DNA of 60,927 nt, filler included, from Nitrospinota bacterium (GTDB taxonomy: Bacteria; JADFOP01): assembly GCA_022562795.1 (NCBI GenBank). It is 3 parts of 3 records of this genome, joined end to end, with 100 filler letters (N's around TTAATTAATTAA, not from the genome) between each part and the next. Parts side by side here need not be neighbours in the genome. Positions count along the whole stretch, not along the records: positions 1 to 25,196 come from JADFOP010000003.1; 2 more parts are not named here. The stretch is one strand, 5' to 3'. The notes beneath the pieces were generated by a model. The model searched no databases. It saw only the letters and a program-made list of their open reading frames with translations, and had not been told where the DNA came from. The position numbers and the translations under genes were made by a program. Within the stretch, counting starts at the first letter, position 1. Each line of letters opens with the position of its first letter. Positions 7,509-16,593 of the stretch are shown here, piece by piece.

Positions 7509-9272
7509 ATGAGAACGAAACAGGTTGGAATGGGGCTAGCTATAGCTATCGCCTTCTTGCTCGCGGGCTGCGCAGGCGTCCAGACGGACAAGGAGTGGGG
7601 GCGGGTCGAGACCTTCGTGAAGGAGAGGGCCGGTGCCAAGGCGCGGTGGGAGCAGACGAAGGAAGACGGCCAGGCCACGCATGCCGAGGTCAATGCCATG
7701 CTGGCCGATGGGCTCACCCGCAAGGAGGCGGTGCAGATCGCAATTTTGAATAACCGAACCCTGCAAGCGGCCTTCGAGGAGCTGGGCGTGGCGAAGGCCG
7801 ACCTCGTCCAGGCCGGCTTCTTCACCAACCCAAGAATCGACGGGCTGGTCCGTTTCCCGACCAAGGGCGGCGGGACCAATGTCGAGGCAGGGGGGCTCGT
7901 CAACCTCGCAGACCTCTGGCAGATTCCCCTTCGCAAGCGACTCGCCAAGACCCGCCTGGAGGCCGCGACACTCAGGGTGACGGACGAAGTTTTGAATACG
8001 GTGGCCGAGGCCAAGGGGTTCTACGACGACATTCTTGCCCTGGCCGCCGCTCGGGACGAGACGGCGCGGGTTCTCAAAGCCTTGGAAGATCTGCGCGACC
8101 GGATTGCCCAACGGAAGGAGCATGGCTACACGAGTGACTTCGACGTCGCTTTCGCCCGTGCGGCCGTCTTCGACCAGAAGGCGGCCCTGGTGCGGGTCGA
8201 GGGGGAGTTGCGGGTGGCCAGCACCCGCCTCAGCCGCGTGCTGGGGCTCACCCCGGAGCAGGCCGGGTACACCTTGACCGGTTCGTTGCCGGACGACATA
8301 GGGGGTCCTATCCCAGATACCGAAACCCTGGTGACTCATGCTCTGGCCCAGCGGCCCGACGTCCAGCTGGCGGAGCTGGAGATTTCCATCTCCGAGCGGG
8401 CCATGGCCCTGGAGCAGGCCCGCGTCTTCACCGATATCGAGGCGGGGGCGGCGTTCGAGCGCGAGGCCGAGGGGGGCGAGCTCGTGGGTCCAGCCTTGGG
8501 CCTCCAGTTGCCTGTCTTCGATCAAAACCAGGCCCAGATCGCCAAGGCCGCCTATAGGGTCCGGCAGGCCCAGAAGCAGCGGCAAGCCCTCGTAGGGATG
8601 GTCTACGAGGAGGTGGCCGCCGCCGCCGAGCGCCTCGCCGTGGCCCGCCAAGATGCCATGATCATACGAGACCAGGTTCTGCCGGCCTACCAGGATGCCA
8701 TCGACTACGCGGAGAAATACTCCGGCGCAATGCAGCTCAACATGCTGTTCCTCCTGGAGGCTCGAAAGGAACAGGTCGCCAGCAGCCGCCGATACATCGA
8801 CGCCCTTCGAGAAGCGCGGGCGGCGGAGGTTGACCTGGAGCGGGCCCTGGGCGGAGTCATGCCGAAAGGTGCGATGCAAAGTTCGATGAAGCACGGCCAT
8901 GCGGCTATGCCCCATGTAGTGGTGAGCGCCAAAGGGAGAGCAGCGGCGGGAAAGGCGATTTACCAGCGCCTCTGCGCCTCCTGTCACGGGGCTTCAGGCA
9001 AGGGCGACGGCCCAGTCGGTCGTTCCTTGACCCCAAAGCCTATCGATTTCACAGTCCATTCACGACACCACAATGATGAGTACTTTTTCAAGGCTATCCA
9101 GGAGGGGGGCCCCGCCGTGGGGAAGTCCCCCGTCATGCCTGCGTGGGGTGGCCAGCTAAAAGACGAGGAAATCTGGGACGTTATCAGCTACATTCGGGCT
9201 CTCGTAAAGGGCGAGGGGGAAGCTGGGGGGGATATGCCGGCACACCACCCTCATCACGGGGGCGGTCATTAA
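7509..9272 (+). CDS. TolC-family outer-membrane lipoprotein fused to C-terminal class I cytochrome c
   Basis: Lipobox LAGC; OEP repeats (AILNNRTLQA, RPDVQLA, LPVFDQNQAQI); then GKAIYQRLCASCHGASGKGDG...MPAWG...IWDVISYIR and a His-rich tail in one uninterrupted frame. Confidence 0.9.
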   Translation: MRTKQVGMGLAIAIAFLLAGCAGVQTDKEWGRVETFVKERAGAKARWEQTKEDGQATHAEVNAMLADGLTRKEAVQIAILNNRTLQAAFEELGVAKADLVQAGFFTNPRIDGLVRFPTKGGGTNVEAGGLVNLADLWQIPLRKRLAKTRLEAATLRVTDEVLNTVAEAKGFYDDILALAAARDETARVLKALEDLRDRIAQRKEHGYTSDFDVAFARAAVFDQKAALVRVEGELRVASTRLSRVLGLTPEQAGYTLTGSLPDDIGGPIPDTETLVTHALAQRPDVQLAELEISISERAMALEQARVFTDIEAGAAFEREAEGGELVGPALGLQLPVFDQNQAQIAKAAYRVRQAQKQRQALVGMVYEEVAAAAERLAVARQDAMIIRDQVLPAYQDAIDYAEKYSGAMQLNMLFLLEARKEQVASSRRYIDALREARAAEVDLERALGGVMPKGAMQSSMKHGHAAMPHVVVSAKGRAAAGKAIYQRLCASCHGASGKGDGPVGRSLTPKPIDFTVHSRHHNDEYFFKAIQEGGPAVGKSPVMPAWGGQLKDEEIWDVISYIRALVKGEGEAGGDMPAHHPHHGGGH

Positions 9273-9384
9273 CAGAAGCGGAAAACTCCACTGATGGCGC
9301 GTTAACTCGCCCATAGAATCGTTGTCGCGGAAGTCCCCTCATGCACGAGTACGTCTGCTATGCGTTTACCTTCTTCTCCATCCC

Positions 9385-10290
9385 TTAGGCGAGGTATTTT
9401 CGGAGGCCTTCTTCAAGGCTCATGAACCGGATGCCGAAGGTCTCTTCGGTGGGCTGGGGGTCTACGAGGGCCTCGCCGGTGACGAACTCCACGGCCTGAG
9501 GTGTCATTGGAGGGGTGGGTAGGAGCTGGAAAGGCACCGTCGCCAGCTTCATGAAGCCCACGGGATGGTGGATGAGGCGTCGTTTTACCCCCAGAATTCG
9601 CTGGACGGTCAGGAGCACCTCGTCCATCGTGAGGACCTCTGGCCCTCCGAGCTCGAAGAGGCGATTGGTTGCCTCCTCCAGGCCAACCGCGCCCGCCGCC
9701 ACCGTCGATACGTCAGAGACGAAGACCGGCTGGATTCTCGACGTCCCGTCACCGATGACGGGCACGAAGGGAAGCGTCTTTGTGAGGGTTATTAACTTGT
9801 TGAGGCTTCGGTCCTCAGGCCCGTATACCCACGAGGGGCGAAGTATGACGTACTCCATCCCGCTTTCTCTTACCGCCTCCTCCGCGATGGCCTTTGCACG
9901 AAACCAGCTTTTGTCCGAGGTCGAGCTTGCCCCCGCCCCTGAGAGGTAGATGAACCGGCGCACCCCGTTGGCGGCCGCCGCCTTGACCATGCGGCTTGTG
10001 CCTTCGGCGTCTATCTCCATGTAGGTGAACCCTCGGCGGGGGACCTCCACCGGGTGGTTGGGAAACTGGACGGTGTGTATGACGACCTCAACCCCTCTCG
10101 TGGCCTCGTCGAGACTCGCCTCGTTGCGGACATCGCCCGGAACGAGCTCGACCTGCTGGGCCCAGGGGCTTGGCCGGTCGGAATTTCTTGTCATGCACCG
10201 CACAGTGGCCTCTTGCTCTGTCATCCCCAAGAGGTCATCGATGATGTGCGATCCGAGGAACCCCGTCCCGCCTGCAACTAGAATGGTCAT
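9385..10290 (-). CDS. NAD(P)-binding extended SDR (NDUFA9/epimerase-like)
   Basis: ILVAGGTGFLG, RPSWVYGPED, QPVFVSDV. Confidence 0.85.
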   Translation of the reverse strand: MTILVAGGTGFLGSHIIDDLLGMTEQEATVRCMTRNSDRPSPWAQQVELVPGDVRNEASLDEATRGVEVVIHTVQFPNHPVEVPRRGFTYMEIDAEGTSRMVKAAAANGVRRFIYLSGAGASSTSDKSWFRAKAIAEEAVRESGMEYVILRPSWVYGPEDRSLNKLITLTKTLPFVPVIGDGTSRIQPVFVSDVSTVAAGAVGLEEATNRLFELGGPEVLTMDEVLLTVQRILGVKRRLIHHPVGFMKLATVPFQLLPTPPMTPQAVEFVTGEALVDPQPTEETFGIRFMSLEEGLRKYLA

Positions 10291-10474
10291 GAGAGCTACC
10301 CTCCTTCGCCCCTTCGCCTCACCGACTTTAACTGTCTAGAAATGACCTACATCAGTCCCCGCGTACCTTAGTTGACGGATTTTTTCGTCAAAGCCGTAAG
10401 AAGGACCTTGCTTCGTTCGTCATAGGAGGTGGACCCCGTGTGAGTTATCAGCCGCCATGAGAGGAGACCCACCG

Positions 10475-10651
10475 ATGAGCCGTTCTCCTAAATCACCCCC
10501 TAACAACCAACCCCGAGTGCGCACCCTCATCAGGAGCAGCTTGCCTAAGGGGAAGGTGATCATCGTCTCCCGAGGGCATCAACGGGCCAATTTTATTAGG
10601 AAGCTGCCCCCGTGCCTTAAAGCCCATCGGGTCACTAGAATCGTCCCCTGA
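10475..10651 (+). CDS. Possible small basic protein (58 aa)
   Basis: ATG preceded by GAGAGGAGA in an otherwise empty 450-nt gap; no recognisable motif. Confidence 0.3.
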   Translation: MSRSPKSPPNNQPRVRTLIRSSLPKGKVIIVSRGHQRANFIRKLPPCLKAHRVTRIVP

Positions 10652-10743
10652 ATGCCCGTCCGTCCCGGAGGGTCGTATCGGCATCCCCTTGGGCGAGCCG
10701 CCCGGAAAAACCCTTGGGAATAGAGCAGCTGCAACGAATTCCG

Positions 10744-11205
10744 CTAACCGACCTTCGCCCCCTTCTCCACGTGCTTCTTAAGAAGTGTTAGTACCGTTTC
10801 GTAGTCCTCTCGGGGCAGCGAGTGTACGTTACCCTGAAAGCCAAGCCGCCAGTGCTCATCGGGCCACTTCTTCAGGTGCTGGAGCTTGTGGCGGATGGGC
10901 TCGACGGCAAGAAAGTCTCCCGCCTCGCAGACAATCTCCGGGCGGACCTCAAACCGGAAGGGGTAAATTTCCTGCTTTTTTCCGCCGTCCCAGACGGGTT
11001 CGTCGCTCTCGAAGAAGGTGCTGGTAACCTCGGCGCATCCTCCGAATGCCTGGACTTTGGTTAGGTAGAAGACCACCTTGTCGCCTGGCTCGACCCGCTC
11101 GGCTTTCTTTCGATGTCGGCTCTTCATCCCCGCGATGTCGAAGCCCCGAGTACGGGAGCGCTCGAAATTTTCTTCCGAGCTTACGAGCATCCAGTAAGTT
11201 GGCAT
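10744..11205 (-). CDS. EVE domain protein
   Basis: YWMLVS, VEPGDKVVFYL, YPFRF, LPREDY; RBS GAGGAGG. Confidence 0.85.
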   Translation of the reverse strand: MPTYWMLVSSEENFERSRTRGFDIAGMKSRHRKKAERVEPGDKVVFYLTKVQAFGGCAEVTSTFFESDEPVWDGGKKQEIYPFRFEVRPEIVCEAGDFLAVEPIRHKLQHLKKWPDEHWRLGFQGNVHSLPREDYETVLTLLKKHVEKGAKVG

Positions 11206-11259
11206 GTCAATGTCCTCCTCAAAGGGTGGTGGATAAGGGAAGCTTAGAACCTCCTCGCC

Positions 11260-12390
11260 TCATGACCTCCAGAATGGAAAGAGTTTTTGTTTGTGGTGCG
11301 TGATGATGCGGTCGGCCTCGGCTTTTGCTTCGGTGACCATATCGGGCCGGCCTGGAAAGGGAGCGTCACGGAGCTTGGAGCCTTCGAGACCCATCCGGCC
11401 GAGAAGTGCCACGAAATCCTCTGGTAAAGAGTCGGGAGGGTCGGCGTCGTTGAACATCGCCCAGGCAAGCGTCCAGGCCCGGGCCACGTTGACCATGTCG
11501 TAGCCCCCGCCGCCCAGGGCCAGGAGTTTCGGGGCCAGTCCCATAATCTCGTGGACCATTTCGCAAAATCCGTTTGTCGTGCAATCGAGCTGGGCGAGGG
11601 GGTCGGAGTGGAAGGTGTCCACACCGAGCTGGGCCACCACGATGTCTGGCCGGAAGGCCCTAACCAGCGGAACGATGCCCTCCTTGAATGCCCCCACGAA
11701 GACGGCGTCGGTGCTGTGGGGGAGGCAAGGAATGTTGACACAATAGCCCACTCCTTGACCTTCACCGATCTCATCCTCAAATCCCGTCTGAGGGAAGAAA
11801 TACCGGCCCGACTGGTGGATGCTGGCGGTAAAGACTCGGCTGGTGTCGTAGAAGATGTTCTGGACTCCGTCACCGTGGTGGGCGTCGATGTCGATGTAGG
11901 CCACCCTCCAGCCCTGCTCCGTTAGCCAGCGGATGGCGATAGCGGCGTCGTTGAGGTAACAGAAGCCGCTGGCCCGCTCCGGCATTGCGTGGTGGAGGCC
12001 GCCGGCGATGCTGAAGGCGATGTCCACCTCACCCTCGTAGAGGAGTCGGGCTCCCATGATGGAGCCGCCGGAAGACAGGAGCGACCAGTCCCAAAGCCCC
12101 GGGAAGACGGGGTTATCGCCGGGCCCCAGGCCGTAGTCGTGGGCGCCCCGCGTCATCTTCCCGTTATTGACTGCCTGAAGGACATCGACGTACCTATGGT
12201 CGTGGACCGTGAGGACGTCGTCAACTGAGGCCGCTTCGGTCTCAATTAGGCGAGACCCTGTAAGCTCGAAAAGCCCGTAAGAGCGCACGAGCTCGTAGGT
12301 GAGCTTCAACCGCACGGTCTTCATGGGATGGGCTGAGCCGTAATCGAACCCAGCGAGCCGGTCGGTGTAAATGAACGCTGTTGACGCCAC
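11260..12390 (-). CDS. acuC: AcuC-type Zn-dependent deacetylase (HDAC family)
   Basis: HPMK, GGLHHA, SGFCYLND, DIDAHHGDGVQ, QLGVDT..DPL, GGGGY. Confidence 0.9.
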   Translation of the reverse strand: MASTAFIYTDRLAGFDYGSAHPMKTVRLKLTYELVRSYGLFELTGSRLIETEAASVDDVLTVHDHRYVDVLQAVNNGKMTRGAHDYGLGPGDNPVFPGLWDWSLLSSGGSIMGARLLYEGEVDIAFSIAGGLHHAMPERASGFCYLNDAAIAIRWLTEQGWRVAYIDIDAHHGDGVQNIFYDTSRVFTASIHQSGRYFFPQTGFEDEIGEGQGVGYCVNIPCLPHSTDAVFVGAFKEGIVPLVRAFRPDIVVAQLGVDTFHSDPLAQLDCTTNGFCEMVHEIMGLAPKLLALGGGGYDMVNVARAWTLAWAMFNDADPPDSLPEDFVALLGRMGLEGSKLRDAPFPGRPDMVTEAKAEADRIITHHKQKLFPFWRS

Positions 12391-12400
12391 GGTTTCTGCG

Positions 12401-13237
12401 CTACCTCTTATGCGCTCCGATAGCCGGGAACGTGCAGACTGCGGCGTCGACCCCGAACCACTTGATCATTCTTGGCGAGACCCACTCATCGCCGAGAATA
12501 CCGTCGTGAATGGCCCATGTGCGGCCAAAGACGGTCTCACCGGCGCCTGGCCGGCGGAAGATGGTCGAGCCATCAAGGAGAGTGTCGAGGGCCCCTCCGG
12601 GCTGGAAGCCTTCGTGGATTTCCCGCATGAGCTTCTTCCCGGCGATGTAAGTGAATCCGTACTTCTCGTAGAGAATGGCGTTGGAGTAAAAGAGGGCCCG
12701 AAGCGTGATGAGCTTCTTGCCGAGAGCCGCGAAGAGGTCCTCAGCCCTCGGCAGGAACTTTGAGAAAAGTCCGAGCCCTGAGCGGACTTGGCCCGGAAAG
12801 AGCCCCGAGTGGAATGCCTTCTCCTCTTCCTCGAGGTTCCTGCGGTGGGAGCCTAAGTCGGTGGGCCGCCCCTCGTCGTCCTTGTCGATGTGGAAGCGGG
12901 GGCTCATCGGGTCGTTGATGGTGATGAAGGTGAGCTCGATATTGTTGACTGTCCGCTCGGTCATCTCCACCAGGAAGATGCAATCCACATCGTCCGGCTG
13001 GTGGCGGACCTCTATCCGAAAGCCCAGGACCCTCGGCGGGCAGACGTAGGTGACCACCCGTTGCCCGGCGGCGTTTAGGCCTGTGGCCGGGTCGATGTCG
13101 AACCGCGTGAAAACCTCCTCCGGGATGAGCTCCCGGTAGAAACTCTCGCGGCGCTCTGAAGGAAGGTCGTTTATCTGGTTGATGGACGTGATGGTCACGC
13201 CATCAACGGTCAGGGTGGAGAGGAGCTCTTTGAGCAT
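12401..13237 (-). CDS. Divergent GNAT-like protein, probable partner of AcuC
   Basis: GQVRSGLGLF resembles the acetyl-CoA loop; NAILYEKYGF resembles the GNAT C-terminal motif; 10 nt upstream of acuC. Confidence 0.55.
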   Translation of the reverse strand: MLKELLSTLTVDGVTITSINQINDLPSERRESFYRELIPEEVFTRFDIDPATGLNAAGQRVVTYVCPPRVLGFRIEVRHQPDDVDCIFLVEMTERTVNNIELTFITINDPMSPRFHIDKDDEGRPTDLGSHRRNLEEEEKAFHSGLFPGQVRSGLGLFSKFLPRAEDLFAALGKKLITLRALFYSNAILYEKYGFTYIAGKKLMREIHEGFQPGGALDTLLDGSTIFRRPGAGETVFGRTWAIHDGILGDEWVSPRMIKWFGVDAAVCTFPAIGAHKR

Positions 13238-13313
13238 GGGGTTTGACCGTCCATCGTTCGAGGGTCATTCACCATATCACATTACCCAGGGCGAGCCAAC
13301 GACGGTGGCGGCC

Positions 13314-13342
13314 TTGACACCCCCGAGGCCCTGCCGTAGAAT
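13314..13342 (+). promoter_or_regulatory. Sigma70 promoter P1 of U32 operon
   Basis: TTGACA-17 nt-TAGAAT. Confidence 0.65.
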
Positions 13343-13427
13343 AGCACGCCGATTCTAAAACCACGCGCCCCGCACCCTGCAGGGTTGAAGTCGTTGAAAT
13401 GATTGACCGTGGACCTGCGTCACTTGC

Positions 13428-13457
13428 TTGACAGGAGCGAGAGACGCTTTGTATAGT
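13428..13457 (+). promoter_or_regulatory. Sigma70 promoter P2 of U32 operon
   Basis: TTGACA-18 nt-TATAGT. Confidence 0.6.
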
Positions 13458-13474
13458 GTTCCGTTGGGTCGATT

Positions 13475-13492
13475 CTGTAATTTGGTTCACAG
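13475..13492. promoter_or_regulatory. CRP/FNR-family- or Rex-like operator
   Basis: cTGTAA-tttggt-TCACAg, 9/10 match to TGTGA-N6-TCACA, lying between P2 and the RBS. Confidence 0.5.
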
Positions 13493-13516
13493 TAGGTGGG
13501 CGTTGGGAGGCGCTTC

Positions 13517-14374
13517 ATGCCCGTTATTGTAGCCCCGTGTGGGCGGTCGGACGCCGCCGAGACGCTCCTTGCCGCAGGCGCCGATGGCCTTTATGTAGGC
13601 ATGACCAGCCTCTCCCACGGCCGCCGGGGCGCCGAGTTATCGCTCGCATGCATCGAGGCCGTATGTCGGACGGCCCGGGCCTGGGACGCTTTTGTCCTGC
13701 TCAGCCTTAACCTCATGCCCCTCGTGGCCGAAGAGCCACTATGGCGCTCGGTCGTGGCTGAAACAGTCGAGCTAGGCGTTGACGGGGTCATTCTTCAGGA
13801 CCCTGGTCTGGCCGTGGACCTTCGCCGCATCCACCCGCGGCTCGCCATCCACGTCTCTGTAGGGGCGGCGGCCCTTAACGCCGCCGACGCCCGTTTCTGG
13901 CGCGAGGCGGGGGCCGACGTGCTGGTGCTCCAGCCGGGGACCACGCCCGAAGAGGCGGCCTCCATACGTCAAGACGGCGGGATCGAGGTGGAGCTCTTCG
14001 TCTCGGGTCGTACCTGCCAGGCGACCCTCCTAGGCCAATGCGGTATGGGTAACTACTTGAAGCAGGTCTGGAAGTCATCCGGCTGGCGCGATGAGATCCC
14101 CGAAGGGAGCCGAAAGCGGAGCGGAGTATGTTACTACGTTTGCGAGGGCGCGTGGGAGGAGGACGGTGACCCCATCGGGAAGTGGGGCCCGGTGCCGATC
14201 GAGCTTGGGGCCCCTCTGGCGGACTACCTCGCGGCTGGAGTGACGCATCTTAAGCTGGGCGGGCGCGGCAGGCCCGTCGCCGAACTCGCAGGTGAAATTC
14301 GATCCGTCCGCCAGGTGGTGGATGAGGAGGAGTGGCCGAGCAGTTATGCCCTCACTGGCAACACACGTTCCTAA
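13517..14374 (+). CDS. U32-family Fe-S protein 1 (UbiU-like core, divergent)
   Basis: IVAPCG, AGADGLYVG, GVILQDPG, IHVSV, C-x7-C...C-x3-C, LKLGGR; start at the ATG after GGAGG. Confidence 0.85.
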   Translation: MPVIVAPCGRSDAAETLLAAGADGLYVGMTSLSHGRRGAELSLACIEAVCRTARAWDAFVLLSLNLMPLVAEEPLWRSVVAETVELGVDGVILQDPGLAVDLRRIHPRLAIHVSVGAAALNAADARFWREAGADVLVLQPGTTPEEAASIRQDGGIEVELFVSGRTCQATLLGQCGMGNYLKQVWKSSGWRDEIPEGSRKRSGVCYYVCEGAWEEDGDPIGKWGPVPIELGAPLADYLAAGVTHLKLGGRGRPVAELAGEIRSVRQVVDEEEWPSSYALTGNTRS

Positions 14375-15317
14375 TCTGAGACGGCTGGAGGCCTGCGACT
14401 GGTCGGCCTTCGATACCCTCTTTCTTGGGGATCCCTCGTGCCATCTCTACCCGGACAACTTCGCCCGCTACGTGGATGAGCTTGCCGTTGGAGTTGAGAT
14501 GGTCAAGTCCTGGGGTAAGCGGGCCATCCTGAGCCTGTACGCCGTTCCACGCAACGATGACCTGCCGTGGATACGAGCCCTGCTGGAAGGCGCCATTGAG
14601 CGCCGTCTTCCGCTCGATGGAGTTGAGGTTCATAACCTTGGCTTGCTCGTCATCCTTCGAGAGCTGAGCAACCCTTGGCCTGTAACAATCGGGGTCTGTG
14701 GCAACCTCTACACCGTTGCGACGGCCCGGGTGCTGGCCGAATACGGTGTGGTGGACGGCTTCCCCAATCCGGAGGTCGGCTTGCCCGAGGTCGCGGAGCT
14801 GGTTCGAGACGGGGGGATCGGGGTCATCCTTCAGGTTCACGGCAAAATCCCCCTGGGATTTAGCGATAAGTGTTTCGTTGTTGACTATCAGAAGCAGGAA
14901 GGGACCTGCGAGGAGGTATGTTTTACCGATCATTGGTTGACCCGCGACGGCTGGACGCTCAAGAACATCGGAAGGGTCGTCTTAAGCGGGAAGGACCTTT
15001 GCATGATCGAACACCTGCCGGACCTGCTCGAGGAGGGCCACCGGCATTTCTACATCTGGACGTTTGCCGAGTCGCCCGAATATGTGGCGGCTATCGGGGG
15101 GCTCTACCGCGAGGCCCTTGAGGAGGCCTTCTCCGGAAGTGCGGACTACCGTTTGCGGCCTGAGTGGGAAGAGACCATCCGGCGCTTCGCTCGTGTCGGG
15201 CTCTGCAACGGCTTTTACTTCAACACGACGGGGCAGTCTTACGTGGGCGCCCTCGATGGAGAATCGACCGAGGGGCTCCGACCGGCCGAACACATCCCGG
15301 GTCAGTCGAGAGCCTAG
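14346..15317 (+). CDS. U32-family Fe-S protein 2 (UbiV-like)
   Basis: LFLGDPSC, VEVHNLG, HGKIPLGFSDKC...CEEVC, GKDLC, C-terminal CNGFYF; overlaps gene 1. Confidence 0.85.
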   Translation: MPSLATHVPNLRRLEACDWSAFDTLFLGDPSCHLYPDNFARYVDELAVGVEMVKSWGKRAILSLYAVPRNDDLPWIRALLEGAIERRLPLDGVEVHNLGLLVILRELSNPWPVTIGVCGNLYTVATARVLAEYGVVDGFPNPEVGLPEVAELVRDGGIGVILQVHGKIPLGFSDKCFVVDYQKQEGTCEEVCFTDHWLTRDGWTLKNIGRVVLSGKDLCMIEHLPDLLEEGHRHFYIWTFAESPEYVAAIGGLYREALEEAFSGSADYRLRPEWEETIRRFARVGLCNGFYFNTTGQSYVGALDGESTEGLRPAEHIPGQSRA

Positions 15318-15491
15318 GCGACGCCACTAACACATCCTGTGGCGTTGAGGCTTACACAGCACCATCAGATTCAGCGGAGGGGGTGCTTCCGCCGCACCTT
15401 ATGCCCGGCGGACGCCTCGGATGGTCCCGCCGACACATCGGGCGGGTTCCATCGCGCATGCTCCTGCTGAGCAAAGCGAGGTTTGAAGAGA

Positions 15492-16472
15492 ATGGCCAAA
15501 TTACTTGCTCCGGGCGGGAGCGTCGAGATGGCGCTGGCCGTCTTGGAGGCCGGTGCCGAGGCCGTCTACGTGGGCCCGTTGGGCTGGAGCCGCCGGGTGT
15601 CCCGGTATGAATTGGACGACGAGGCCATCCGGGAGGTCTGCGCATACGGCCGGGCACACGGAAAAGAGGTCCGTCTCGCCTTCAATACGACCCCCGCTTC
15701 CTCTGAGATTCCGACCATGGTTGAGAAGATCGACCAGTACGTTGAGTGGGGAGCCAACGGGCTAATCATGGCTGACCCGGGCGCCATCGCCGTCGTCCGC
15801 CGCCGGCATCCCGACATAGCCATCCACGCCAGCGTCGCGGCGACCATTATCAACGAGGCCGACATCGCCTTCTTCCGAGACATAGGAGTGACAGTGGTTG
15901 TCGTTCCCAGCAAGCTTTCGTTCACCGAGGTGCGGGAGTTCAAGGAGCGGCTGGGGGTGCAGCTAGAGGTCTTCCTCCACTCGAACCACTGCTACACGTA
16001 TCTCGGTCGGTGTCAGATGTCGAGCTACTTCAACCACCGATTCACCGAGACGGACGAGCACAAGCAGCTCTTCCTAGGCAGCCCTAACCGAGGTGGATTC
16101 TGCCACCGGGTCTGTAAGGGCAAGTGGACCTGGAGCGAGAGCGGGACCGTCCGGAATGAGTCGGTGACCATGCCTAATATCGCCATCCTGGGGTTCAACT
16201 CGATTCCCGCTTACATCGACATAGGGGTTGAGTACCTGAAGATTCAAGGCAGGGAATTCAGCCTGCCCCTTATCATCGACATCGTTCGGTTCTACCGAGA
16301 GTTGATTGACTACTGCCGCTCCGCTCCTCGCCCCATCTCCCTCTCCCGCTACCAGCCGCGGCTGCTGGGTCTCCTCCGCCAGCGGGACGAGGAGCGGGAG
16401 TCCCGCACAGAGGCGCTTCTCCAGGTGGCGGTGGAGGACACCCCGCTGCCAGCCGTAGGGGTCGTCGACTGA
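15492..16472 (+). CDS. U32-family Fe-S protein 3 (UbiU-like core)
   Basis: LLAPGGS, AGAEAVYVG, ADPG, IHASV, C-x6-C (HCYTYLGRCQMSSY), GSPNRGGFCHRVC, LKIQGRE. Confidence 0.9.
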   Translation: MAKLLAPGGSVEMALAVLEAGAEAVYVGPLGWSRRVSRYELDDEAIREVCAYGRAHGKEVRLAFNTTPASSEIPTMVEKIDQYVEWGANGLIMADPGAIAVVRRRHPDIAIHASVAATIINEADIAFFRDIGVTVVVVPSKLSFTEVREFKERLGVQLEVFLHSNHCYTYLGRCQMSSYFNHRFTETDEHKQLFLGSPNRGGFCHRVCKGKWTWSESGTVRNESVTMPNIAILGFNSIPAYIDIGVEYLKIQGREFSLPLIIDIVRFYRELIDYCRSAPRPISLSRYQPRLLGLLRQRDEERESRTEALLQVAVEDTPLPAVGVVD

Positions 16473-16593
16473 ACTAAAGAAACGCGTCCCTTGGTCTTCA
16501 TCTCGGGGCTCCTGGGGTGAGGGCCAGGGGCTCGTCTCTGTCTGGTGATTCCGACCCTAGAGCGCCGCATTCACGTCGGAGGGCTGTTGGCCG

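Noticed and set aside
7536-8987. 483-aa antisense ORF and the many other long overlapping ORFs in the track
   Set aside because: Shadow frames of GC-rich genes; no motifs, and they overlap well-supported CDSs.
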